From Azolla caroliniana (lineage: Eukaryota > Plantae > Polypodiophyta): a DNA stretch of 64,000 bases. How positions within the stretch are numbered: position 1 is the first letter of the stretch; each line of letters starts with the position of its first letter. This document shows, piece after piece, positions 1 through 11,194 of this stretch. The stretch lies in the NCBI GenBank assembly GCA_043228905.1, contig JBHGNT010000008.1, forward strand, positions 11,160,001-11,224,000, in the 5' to 3' direction. The notes beneath the pieces were generated by a model that saw only the letters and a program-made list of their open reading frames with translations, searched no databases and was not told the DNA's origin. The position numbers and the translations under genes were made by a program.

Positions 1-1200
1 AAGAAGAGATCTACATGTAGCAACCGGAAGGATTCGAGAAGAAAGGGAAGGAGCACCTGGTATGCCGGTTGAAGAAGAGCCTTTACGGACTGAAGCAGGC
101 TCCCCGGCAATGGTACCGGAAGTTCGACTCTTTCATGACCGACGAAGGGTACCACAAAACGCAGTCCGATCACTGCGTGTTTGTGAAGAAGTTCGAAGGA
201 GGAGACTTTCTAATACTCCTCCTGTACGTGGACGACATGTTGATCGTCGGACGGGACCAGGTCAAGATACGGATGCTGAAGAAAGCGCTTCACCGAACCT
301 TCTCAATGAAGGACCTGGGTCCGGCGAGGCAAATACTAGGGATGCACATCATCCGGGACCGGAAGAAGAAGCAGTTGTGGCTGTCACAGGAGAAGTACGT
401 GACAAAGGTGCTTCACCGGTTCAACATGTCGGAAGCAAGACCGGTCGGGTCAACCCTCCCGGCAAACTGCAAGTTGTCCAGCAAGCAAAGCCCCAAGACA
501 AAGGCTGAGAAGGAGGACATGATGAAAGTACCATATGCCTCTGCCGTCGGAAGCTTGATGTACGCAATGGTGTGTACAAGACCGGACATAGGATATGCAG
601 TCGGAGTGGTGAGCCGGTACATGAGCAATCCCGGCAAAGAGCACTGGAACGCGGCCAAGTGGATACTTCGATACCTGAAGGGCACGGCAAACGTGTGCCT
701 CCGATTCGGCTCCGGTAAGCCCGAACTCGACGGCTTTACCGATTCGGATATGTCGGCTGATGCAGATACCAGCCGGTCCACATCAGGGTATGTGATGACG
801 TATGCAGGGGGAGCTGTTTCGTGGCAGTCGAGGCTGCAGAAGACGGTTGCGTTGTCAACCACGGAGGCGGAGTACATGGCGGCTGTTGAAGCCGGCAAGG
901 AAATAATATGTATGAAGGACTTCATTAGAGAGCTCGGTATCCGGCAGGAGGAGTACCGACTCTACTGCGACAGTCAGAGTACCATCCACCTTGCGAAGAA
1001 CGCGGCCTATCACTCCCGGACGAAGCACATCCACCGAAGATATCACTAGATCCGGGAAAGGATAGAAGACCAGGAGTTCGTGTTGACGAAGATCCACACG
1101 GACGAGAACGGGTCAGATATGCTGACCAAGGTGCTCACACCCGACAAGCTGGAAGCGTGCCGGAAGAGGGTCGGACTGGAAAGACATCCCATGCCGAAGT
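1..1200 (+). pseudogene. Ty1/copia (Tnt1-like) pol, RT and RNase H 3' part, with a premature stop at 1047-1049
   Basis: Motifs KSLYGLKQAPRQWY, LLLYVDDML, FTDSD, ALSTTEAEY, YCDSQS and RTKHI. TGG>TAG at 1047, after which the frame continues (IRERIED...KIHTDENGSDMLTK). Confidence 0.95.
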
Positions 1201-1214
1201 GAAGGGGAGAAGTT

Positions 1215-1524
1215 TGTTGGGTTTACGGTCCCTCCGGATGGGATGGTCAGATGTTCGGGAATCGGGAATGAAGACCCGAATGAGGAGTACCCGGTATCGG
1301 AACCGGATGATGAAGACCCCGGCTACGGAGCCGGATGACGAATGTACCCGGAGAGAGATCCGGATGCGGGGACATATTTGTGAATATGTTTGCCAAGGGC
1401 CCTCGAGGCTAGATTTGTAAATAGCCCGAAAGTCATATGTGTATAAATATGACTTAGGGCAAACAGTTTTGTTGTTGTTGCTCATTTTTCTGTTTTCCAG
1501 TTAGAGGGAGCGAAGTGAGAGCAG

Positions 1525-1562
<38 letters not shown>

Positions 1563-1827
1563 GAGGTCGACGCCTCTGTGTAATACCACCGCCTGTGGCG
1601 AGGACAGCGAGCTCAAGGTCGTCGCCTTGCAGCTCGCCATTGTACATTCCCTGCGTATAGTGATAGTTGGAGTCTTGCACTCCCGTGGTTTTTCCCGTCT
1701 AGGGTTTTCCACGCTAAACCCTGTGCATTCGTGTCTCTCTCTGTGTTTTCGATTTACTGCTGCATTGATTCGTGTTTCCTCGGTTGTGGCCGAGAGGTGA
1801 AGGTTTTGAAAGCGTCAATTTCTAACA
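1215..1827 (+). repeat. 3' LTR of the copia element at the window start
   Basis: Polypurine tract GAAGGGGAGA at 1201-1210, then TGTTGG...CTAACA termini. TATAAAT at ~1442 and an (AG)n tract inside. Confidence 0.85.
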
Positions 1828-2203
1828 CTTCATGATATAAGAATGAAGCTATATATTGTATTAAGTAAAATTGAGGGACTTGAACCCTCAACCTTGTATA
1901 CCAAGCACCAAGCATACACCACTAAGCTAGGTTAGTTATTTTAAAATATATTTTCATCATTATACTTATCCCATATCTATTTTCATACATAGCCATCATT
2001 CATCACATGCAATGCATGTGCACCAAATGGCAATCATGCATTACATGTAACTCATGCATTGCATGCATGCCATGCTCCCATACATTACCATATGCATGGC
2101 AACACTTATATAAAGAGGGGCAAGGAAAACAAGAGGGAGCAATCAAGAGAAAGTGGGAGAAAAAGGAATCTAAGTATGTGTTAAAGATATCTTATTCGGT
2201 GAA

Positions 2204-2240
2204 AACACCGGGACATTTGAAACAGGTAATATGTCTCATT
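2204..2240 (+). repeat. Left terminal inverted repeat
   Basis: AACACCGGGACATTTGAAACAGGTAATATGTCTCATT, followed by two subterminal AACTATCCGTCAAAAAAA copies (~2246 and ~2271). Confidence 0.95.
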
Positions 2241-2509
2241 TTAAGAACTATCCGTCAAAAAAAGGGGTGCAACTATCCGTCAAAAAAAGGACACAAAATA
2301 GGTCGATTGACAAAAAGGGGTGCCGCATGCGTAAAGGATTTTCAAAAATGACCCAAAAATATATTGATTTTAAGCATGTCCAAAATTGTAGGTCTTTCAA
2401 AAAATGCCTAAATAATAGACATGCCAAACTTACAAAAGAATGTACAAAATGACTACCACCTATATTTATACATATTCGTTAACTGACATTTTGATGTACA
2501 ATTCAATAT

Positions 2510-5263
2510 CTACAGATCAGGTGTCAAACTATTGCTTTCCAAGTCTATGCCATCATTTTTAGACCCATCCGATGAACTAGAAGAGCTTTGTGAGGTATCA
2601 TCCTCATCATCACTGGCAACCAATGCATTGTCTTCATCCAATTGCAATCCAACATCACCATGGTTATGAGACATGCTTCTTGTTTGTCTTTGTGTAGTGG
2701 TTGGAGCCGCATTTGAGATCTTCTCTTTTAATATCTTGATTGTGGTTTGTCTTAGATGTCCTGTTTTGGTCAAGGAGAAGTCATACACTAGTATGTCAAC
2801 ATTATCCAATGTAAGAACAGACGTGCTTGGTAGATTCTTTCTTCTTCGCTTTCTACTTGTGCATTCAACATCCTTAACCATCTCTAAAGAGTACTTTCCA
2901 GTGAATGGATTTGGTGAAGAGGTGTGATACCAATGAACCACAATGGACTTAACTTGATTGCCTGATTCATCCTTCATTATATCCAAAATTTTAGCAATCC
3001 AAAATGGATGGCCCAACTCATCATCCCCAGCTAATGTTGCAACTAACATCCCAACTTGTAGTTCATGCAAATTGCCTTGCCATCTTGCCTCTGCAGTACG
3101 CGATATTCTTGGTCCCACATAAATATCTCTCTGTCGTGGGCGAAATAGATTATTGAGTTCAACATTACCAATTAATTGATGGTTAGCAGGTGAAACTATT
3201 GACGGCATACCAATGTTCCATGTGAAAGCATTTTGGATTGGCCATACTCCGGCAATGTAGTTGTTTAAAATTGTATGTTGATGGTTAAAGGAGGTATCCC
3301 ACCATTGAACATCTTGATCACCAGCATACTTCTTGGTGCGCTCAATATTTCTTTGTTTCTCTTCAAGGCATCGCATCCAATATATCTTTTTCTCATCAAT
3401 TGAGTTGCTATGAACCATTTTTTTATGGTCATCATACGGCATTTGTTCTGCACCATGGATTTCTGTATTTGGAAAATAAAGTAAGAACCTACAACCCTCT
3501 TGTGGCTCCCATTGTGAACTAGATGAGTATTGTTTTGGATACAACATCGTCGTGTTGTGGCTCATATCACTTCGTTTTATGAGGAAGACATGGTTAAAAC
3601 TTATATTATTCAGAGGTGCAAGAACCCTACCTTGAGCCCCATCACCGTCCATGCAGAAGCGTTTAAAATCATACACTTCATTCAATTGATGTACTTCGGG
3701 CTTCGGGGTATAAGCTTCACTGATCAACATTGTTAGCATAGGAAGCGTGAAAGCATCACATCGTGCTAATTTCTTTGAGAACCTACTAAACATTTGATCT
3801 ATATGATCATGGGTATGACCAACTAGTAAGAAGTTAACCTTAATCTTCTTAAATAAACCCTTCTCTACTAGCATGCTTAAGTAACCGAAAACAGTCAAGT
3901 TTTTGTTTTCTCTAGCTGTATTGTCAAGTTGCACGTATAGAACAGGCGAGAGTATACCTGGCCAAGACTGCAACACTCTTTGCATGACTGTAACTGTAAG
4001 ATTAGGGTTGTTGTGGATATTAGGATAAGTTAAGAATACTTGAGGCCTTATTGTCTGACAATATGACAAGCAACCTACTAAATGCATTTGTACAAGGCAT
4101 TCATCTCCAATATACTTTGGCAACCTTTGAAAGTGTGGCAAACAAGTCTTCTTCTGATCCATGCCATCAATAATCATACACATATACCTTTCAGGTGATT
4201 GGAGAGCTTTTCGTCGGTGGTGCATAGCTTTAGAACGTTCCAATGCTTGACTCTCACGGTGTTCTTTCAATAGATTCTTGTAATTCTTTATTTCATCATC
4301 TGATTTCCCACCCTTTGCCATACTCTTTAAACTTGCACATATTGAACAAACACCCATTCGAACTTTACGCGGTATAACCACATTGTTAAATTGTAACCTC
4401 CATAATCGATTGAAATGTCGATACTGTATGTAAGGTACACCTTGTGACAACATGTCGTCTTTATATTCTTGATACACCTCACGACAAGTGAAATTATCAA
4501 ACAAGTGCAATCTCCCAGTAGTGGGCATAATATCACATTGCTTTGAGAAATATATCTCCATCCAATTAATAGAATGACGCCCTATAAGACCCTTACTACC
4601 AGAGTAATTCATATCAAAAGGTATAAACGATCCCTTCACCAATCTTAGTTGTATTCTCTGAAGCCTCATGTTCCCAATGCTATGAGCAATTTTGAAAGCA
4701 ACTCTACAACACTTAGTCCTCAATGCAAGGTAATATTCAACGTGCGTTGAACTAGCCCCAGTGGCGTGATCTCTTACAAGCTACATATGTGAAATAAGAA
4801 AAGTATCTTGTTCCTCACCATTAAGTGATAGATACTTCTCCCGCATTATTCGTAAGTTTGACTTTCCAAATTTATTAAGACATAGATTCCCACAACATGT
4901 CTTGCTCGAATCACAAACAATTTGACGATCAGAACATAAAAAGTTATATCTCTTTACACTAACTTGTTGAGGAACTCTTTTGAATGTGAGAGGCTTTGTT
5001 ACGCAAGCTTCGCCAGATGTGGTTTCATCCTTGTCAATGCTTGCACAACTTTTGCTATCTTGTATACCACTTTGTTCTGGCCTCTTGAAAGGGTCAATTG
5101 AGAAAAGTGAGTTTGAGTTATTACCAACATCACAACTAACATTTTCACTTGGACCCTTTGAAACACTTGGGACCTTGTACTCATCGACTGAGAAATATGA
5201 GTTACTCGATAAAACATAAGGGTCCACTGAAAACAAGGATGATCTACTCGAAGCACAAGACAT
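2510..5263 (-). CDS. Sola1-like (DUF7869-type) DDE/D transposase, ~917 aa, with one in-frame premature TAG at 4781-4783
   Basis: ORFs 4781..5263 and 2510..4723 are in the same frame and separated by a single TAG. Motifs: CCGNLC, VCSIC..H (Zn-binding), IIDGMDQ, YVQLDNTARENKN, FLLVGHTHDHIDQMFS. Acidic tail; lies between the TIRs. Confidence 0.85.
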
Positions 5264-5512
5264 CTTGAAGCCTAACTTAAATTAACACCTTTCTCTTGTT
5301 TAAGTAGAAGTTTAGGAATTGAAGATCTAGTCTATGAACATAAACCATATGAAGACATCTTGGGATAAAAGATAAGGTATATTGACATCATATTATTATT
5401 TAATTTTGTAAATTTTTTATAATAATTTATTGTGTAATATTGTATTTTTTTAAGAGAAAATCTTTTTTTTTAAATAATTATTTTATTTTCCAAAAAAACA
5501 ATTTAAGTTAAC

Positions 5513-5522
5513 TATATAAATA
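5513..5522 (+). promoter_or_regulatory. Putative TATA box in the AT-rich divergent promoter between the transposase and ParB-MTase genes
   Basis: TATATAAATA ~118 bp upstream of the predicted ATG at 5631. Confidence 0.45.
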
Positions 5523-5630
5523 GAGATCTACCACTCATTATCTCTTACACGTTTCAAGAGCTCAGAGCACTCTTTAGAAAAAGTCATCGTTTTCTGTGTT
5601 CATCAACACATTGTCAACAACTAGTCTAAC

Positions 5631-8600
5631 ATGAAATCGAGCAAGACAGTTGGCAAGTAAGTCTTCTATTACCCAAATTTAAAGATTCCTAAAGATACCA
5701 TAAAGATTCTTTTTTATTATCTATAAAATTGAGTGACTTTAATTATAATTAGTTTGGTGTATGTATAATTTCTTCGGTTTCTTGAGAGAATGTCCTCTCT
5801 AATTCGATGCAGTGCATCGGATTAGAAAGTACTTCCTCGCTAACTTGATGAACTGCATGGGGGTAGATAGGAAATTAAGACAACACATACATAAGAATAA
5901 GAGGTTATCGTCCCTAATCCGATGCACTACATTGGATTAGGGAGGATATGATACGACATCCTCTAAAATCCGATGCAATGCATCGGATTTCAGAGGTTAT
6001 CCTCCCCAATCTGATGCAATGCATCGGATTTCAGACAATGTCGTATCATATCCTCCCTAATCCAGTGTAGTGCATCGGATTAGGGAGAAGATGATCAGGA
6101 AACCTCTTAAATCCGATGCACTGCATCGGATTAGGGAGAAAATCCTCCCTAATCCGATGAAATGCATCAGATTTCAAAGGATGTCGTATTATATCCTCTG
6201 AAATCTGATGCAATGCATCGGATTTCAGAGGATGTCGTATCATATCCTCCCAAATCCAATGTAATGCATCGGAGTAGGGAGGAGATGATGAGAAAACCTC
6301 TCGTTTTAGAGGATTTCCTCCCTAATCCGATGCACTGCATCGGATTAGGGAGGAGATGATCAGAAAACCTCTGAAATCCGATGCAGTGCAATGGATTTCA
6401 GAGGATGTCCTCTCTAATCCAATGCACTGCATCGGATTAGGGAGGAGATGATCAGAAAACCTCCCAAATCCGATGCAATGCATCGGATTTCAGAGGATGT
6501 CCTCTCTAATCCGATGCAGTGCATCGGATTAGGGAGGAGATGATCAGAAAACCTCCCAAATCCGATGCATTGATTTCAGAGGATGTCCTCTCTAATCCAA
6601 TGCAGTGCATCGGATTAGGGAGGAGATGATCAGAAAACCTCCCAAATCCGAAGCAATGCATCGGATTTCAGAGGATGTCCTCTCTAATCCGATGCAGTGC
6701 ATCGGATTAGGGAGGAGATGATCAGAAAACCTCCCAAATCCGATGCACTGCATCGGATTAGAGAGGACATCCTCTGAAATCCGATGCAGTGCATCGGATT
6801 AGGGAGGAGAGGATAGGAAATCCTCTGAAATCCGATGCACTGCATCGGATTTCAGAGGACGTGCTAGCTTTATTTTAGCTTTATTTTAGGTATATTTAGA
6901 TGTATTTTATGTATATTTAGGTGTATTTCGTCGTATTTACGTGTCTGTTACATGTACTTAGGTGTATTTATATGTATTTAGTAGTGTTTAGGTGTGTTTA
7001 GGTCTACTTACGTGTATTTAGGTGTGTTTTATGTTTATTTTACGTGTACTTAGGTGTATTGGAGAGTATTCTGTTTAGGGTTTAGTGTATTTAGGTGTGT
7101 TTTACATGTAGTTAAGGGTATTTAGGTGCACTTACGTGTATTTAGGTGCGTTTTATGTGTATTTTACGTGTACTACGGTGTATTAAAGAGAATTTAGTTG
7201 TGTTTTGGTGTATTCACGTATATTTTACATTTATTTCACGAAAATATTTTGTTTTCTTCCCTAGTGAGCCCCGTCCGAAGGTGCCCTCTTTCAAGTTGAA
7301 GTTCCGGTCTCCGACAAAACATGACTCGGAGAGTTTTTTAAAAGAAAAGTCTCGACGATCATTATTCGAGTCCGGAGGTGATGGGACCTCGAAATCATCT
7401 GTAGGGAATACGAAAAATAAACAAATTATGCTCGTGGAAGATAAGTCCACGGAGCATAAGCTAAAAAATTATTCACATGTAGAATGGAGTCTCACTTACA
7501 TTGAAGAAGATGGGGTATTGCTCCTCATATTTGCCACGTCGGAAGGAAAAGGAAAGCTTGAATTAGGGAAGACCTTCCCCTATGGTAAAGTTCGTAATTT
7601 AGAATATGAAGACAGTGATTCGTCCATTATCTTCCTCGAAGTTGAGAGCTCAGGTGGTATAAGGCGAGTGCAAGTTGATGAAGGAAACCTAGTACCTGAC
7701 GTATGCCACCCAACATCTTTGCGAAAAGATATGCAAACAAAGAATAATCTTATTGTAGCTCTTCGGCCTTATGTTACTGGAGAGATGATGAGCACAGAAG
7801 CAGAGACTCCGCCTAAAAAGTCTCAGAAAACAAAACCGGAACATAAAAAATATCAAAAACGACAAATATCTAATGACGAGGACCTCGACGTCTTGGAGTT
7901 CGAGGAAGAAGAAGACGATGAACAACAACTTGAAATTGTCCCTCCAGGAGGACAAATATCTTCCGGTGTATTGACTTCTGAGCAAAACCGGATTAGAGAA
8001 AATATAGCTAGGACCAAACTAGTGCGAAAAGGTCAAATCTTCCATCTACCAATTTCTTCAATTCAAAGGCCGCCCATCGACCCTGAAACTAGAAGACGCA
8101 CGCTCGAGATTAGAGAGCCACATGCAGTGCATGTACAAAATTTGAAAAGCAAAATGAAGATAAATCCACATGCAACCGTCGTACCTTTTTTGGTTATGGT
8201 AGACCCTGAACAATGTCCGACAGTTGCTGATTTTAAATATAGCTCTTCAGATGATTATACTTATTATGTTATCGGAGGATCTCATTCAGCTGAAGCCCGA
8301 CGTCAACTCGTCAAGGAATATCCGCTCACTCCATTTTTTAAGTACGCAGAATGTAAAGTATATGCAGGTCTTACTCATGAAGAGGCCAAGTTGTTAGCAT
8401 GGGACCACAACAATGATAATGATTATAGACAAAAGATGTCTTGTATCAAACGCATCAGATTCTTTCACCATGAGTATTTGGATGCGTTGCAAAGATTTGG
8501 ACCCAAGTTGAACCCTGGCTTACGACGTCAATGTTTACTAGAAGTGGGTATTGCAGTTGACGAGAGTACGAAATCTGAAGGGCTACGGAAATATGACTCA

Positions 8601-10491
8601 TGGTTTCAGCTTGCCTTTAGAACAGGTGAGGTATGGGATCTCCAGGATAGAATATTTGGCATGTGGGAGCGCAAGGAGGTCAAAGGTCAACGGGCAAAGA
8701 AGGCCAAGGTAGATCCACAAGTGGAGATGAAGACAAAGTTACGTAAAAGTGACTTATTTATTGAGGAGTTGGCCGAAGATATGAAGTTGCTACCTTGGAG
8801 GTCACTACAAGGAATTAAAGACGATAGATTGTTAATATCTGTGTTGTCTCGAGTTGCAGCCAAGGAGTTTAGCTTGGACGAGATGGTGACTGAGTTACAA
8901 AAGTATGTAAAATTGAAATGTTTTTCTTTATTCTTGTGCATTTCCTTTGATAACTGATTTCACATTTAATATTTTATTTTTAGTCATAAAGTATACATGA
9001 AGATACAAGAATTGATGATGAAAAAATTGTGCCTACCAACCTGGGAAGAAGTCGAACAAGCTTGCCCAATAACATCATCATATAAGGCATTAAAAGAGTT
9101 CTTCATTGTATTTAGAGAATGGGTATGTGTATTTTCAATTTGAAAAGATTCAATTATCATTTATCAGATATATTCCTTACAGGAAATGAATTTTGCATAA
9201 ACCACCTCGATCAAAGAAAGTTGGTGATAGTAATGACGGTATTCCAAGTTCGTTCATTACGCACTTGGAACGTGCTAAATACGAAAAAAGAATGACAAAG
9301 GGAAAGGAGTTGGAAGTGCCGGAGGACTTCGCAACAGTAAAAAGTTTTTTGCATAGAGCTGACCCTTTCAAACAATTACATTATAGTGTATTCCAGGGGG
9401 ATGTGGTGAATATGCTCGACATATTACCAAAAAGGCACTATACATTACTTATTGCTGATATACCGTACGGATTCCGAATCGCGGGTTCCATGTTCGATGA
9501 TGTGCCTTTCAAGTACCCCCAGATTGAGAAGATGGTAAAGGACTTCGCAGAGTTGACCTTAGCACCATTGTGGAGGATAGTCATATTTCATAGCATGGGT
9601 CAATCATTGTCAGTCACAACTGCTTTAAAGTCACGATGTCATGCAACAGAGCATATGCATTGGTGAGTTATACGTTGTTTTTTGATAATATTCTCTTAGA
9701 TATGTGGTTTATATATGTTCCATTCAAATTTTAACTCATTTGTTTTGGGTTCAATAGGATTAAAACAAATATTACACGTAGCCCAGGCGATCGTATGGTT
9801 AGTGCAGTTGAGCATCTTAGTGTGGGTTATTATGATGTAATAACGAAGAAGAAGGCTCGGGCACACGTTAATGAAAGAAACGTTGTAAATTATATAATGT
9901 GCCCAGCTGTGACAAAGAAGCTTCGACATGTATCAGGTGAAAAGAGCCTTGTGAACCCTTATCAAAAACCTCAAAGATTGATCAACCGCTTAATCGAGCT
10001 CTTCTCAAACCCAGATGATTGGGTTCTGGATTTGTTCTCTGGCACAGGTATATGTAATATAAGTTTAGTCTCGTTAATTTGATTAAGTTATAGACTTTCA
10101 TTATTATTTTGACTTCTGCACTTCTATTTTACGATCAGGTACTACTACAGCTTGTGCATTAAAAATGTTCAGAAACTGTGTCGCGTTGGAGAAGGACCCT
10201 GAACAAGTTAACTACATCAAAATGAGGATCCAAGGAATCTGGGATTGTCCGAATCAAGATCAAGAAGTCGGAGCGAAGCACATCAATGAAACAGAGAGGT
10301 TTCAGATGACTTCGAGAGAGCCAATGGAACCTATAGATGAAGACGCAAGGGACCTTGTGGACCTAGAAGATGTAATAGAATTTGAACATATGCATGGTTC
10401 AGCGGAGCAAACAATCAATGCTACAGAGGACAATTTAGAAGAGTCCATTCATCCAGAAGAGCCCACATTGCCTGACTTGCTTATAGATTGA
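5631..10491 (+). CDS. Spliced ParB/Srx-like plus beta-class N6-adenine/N4-cytosine DNA methyltransferase fusion, ~969 aa. Predicted exons 5631-5656, 7265-8902, 8984-9122, 9199-9662, 9758-10047, 10139-10491
   Basis: Phase-compatible introns sum to 2910 nt. ParB-like motifs: FHLPISSIQ, VPFLVMV, YYVIGGSHSAEA, LTHEEAKLLAWDHN. MTase motifs in beta order: LLIADIPYG (IV), HMHWIKTN, AVEHLSVGY, NPYQKPQRLINRLIELFSNPDDWVLDLFSGTGTT (X-I), RNCVALEKD. The intron-3 acceptor reads CAT rather than CAG (9196-9198). Exon 1 is less certain. Confidence 0.85.
5800..6860. repeat. Array of ~22 palindromic 23-bp sites AATCCGATGCA-N-TGCATCGGATT, mostly at alternating 51/41-bp spacing (92-bp dimer unit)
   Basis: Copies start at e.g. 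5967, 6110, 6324, 6375, 6416, 6467, 6508, 6686, 6737, 6778 and 6829. The last copy extends to a 37-bp palindrome CCTCTGAAATCCGATGCACTGCATCGGATTTCAGAGG. Confidence 0.95.
6865..7235 (+). repeat. Degenerate G/T-rich minisatellite (TATTTAGGTGTG / TTTACGTGTA-like units)
   Basis: Repeated tatttaggtg and ttacgtgta motifs directly after the palindrome array. Confidence 0.7.
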
Positions 10492-11157
10492 TTTCTATGG
10501 TTAGGTGTATTATTTGAACGATATTAAATGATAGACATTGACTTGTGACTATTGTTTCATTTGAACACAATTAAAACTTAAAGTTTGAGTTTATTTGGCA
10601 AAGTGTATAATTTGAATGGTATTAATGTTTTACATGTTTTTCAACCTTTCTTTGGAAAGTCTGCAAGGGTTTTTATAGATGATTTTGGCCATCAATAGTG
10701 CAAGGATGGGTCATCTAGAAACGTTGTGTGCGGATAATCTTTAGTATTTGATTTATGTATAATTTGACTAAGTCTATAATTTTAAGGGTATTAAATGTTT
10801 ATCTTTGACTTCTACCTTCTAGAGTTATAACACTATTAAGTTTTAAAGTTTGACATATTATATGTGATTATATTATAAAATTAGCATCTATGTGATTCTT
10901 GGCGTGGGCAACTATTTTTATCTTCGCCACAGTTACGGTTCAAATGATTAAAGTTGCATATAATTCCATTCCGTTAATTTAGAATTTCACCAAAAACATG
11001 ACATATGAAATATAAGGCTATTGATTTTCTTGACATAAACTTATTTAGTTGAAATTTTTGCTATGTTTTAAGGAACCATGTACGCATGCGTGGTACCTTT
11101 TTGAAATTCTGCTAAAATAAGGCATATTTTAACATCTCCTCAAGATGTGAAAAAGAG

Positions 11158-11194
11158 AATGCGACATATTACCTGTTTCAAATGTCCCGGTGTT
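11158..11194 (-). repeat. Right terminal inverted repeat
   Basis: AATGCGACATATTACCTGTTTCAAATGTCCCGGTGTT is the reverse complement of the left TIR at 36/37 positions. Confidence 0.95.

Larger units (their letters stand above)
2204..11194. mobile_element. 8,991-bp TIR DNA transposon (Sola1-like) carrying a ParB-like / DNA amino-methyltransferase cargo gene
   Basis: 37-bp TIRs (2204-2240 and 11158-11194, 1 mismatch) and 4-bp TSD TGAA (2200-2203 and 11195-11198). The paralogous LTR at ~12452-12490 shows the empty site. Encodes a transposase (-) and ParB-MTase (+). Confidence 0.92.

Noticed and set aside
5800-6860. CRISPR array
   Set aside because: The spacers are repeated and similar to each other rather than unique, there are no cas genes, and the context is eukaryotic.
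7074-7085. Interstitial telomere repeat TTTAGGGTTTAG
   Set aside because: Fewer than two units inside a G/T-rich minisatellite; not significant.
7146-7264. ORF-track start (GTG at 7146) as the true N-terminus
   Set aside because: It lies in low-complexity sequence ending in a polypyrimidine-AG acceptor at 7264, so it is more likely intron.
7146-10491. Bacterial contamination or prophage as the source of the MTase
   Set aside because: The gene has spliceosomal introns conserved in two copies and is embedded in plant retrotransposons with intact TSDs.
2206-11192. CACTA/EnSpm classification from the CACCG-like ends
   Set aside because: Symmetric ends extend to AACACC with a 4-bp TSD, and the transposase motifs are not TnpD-like.
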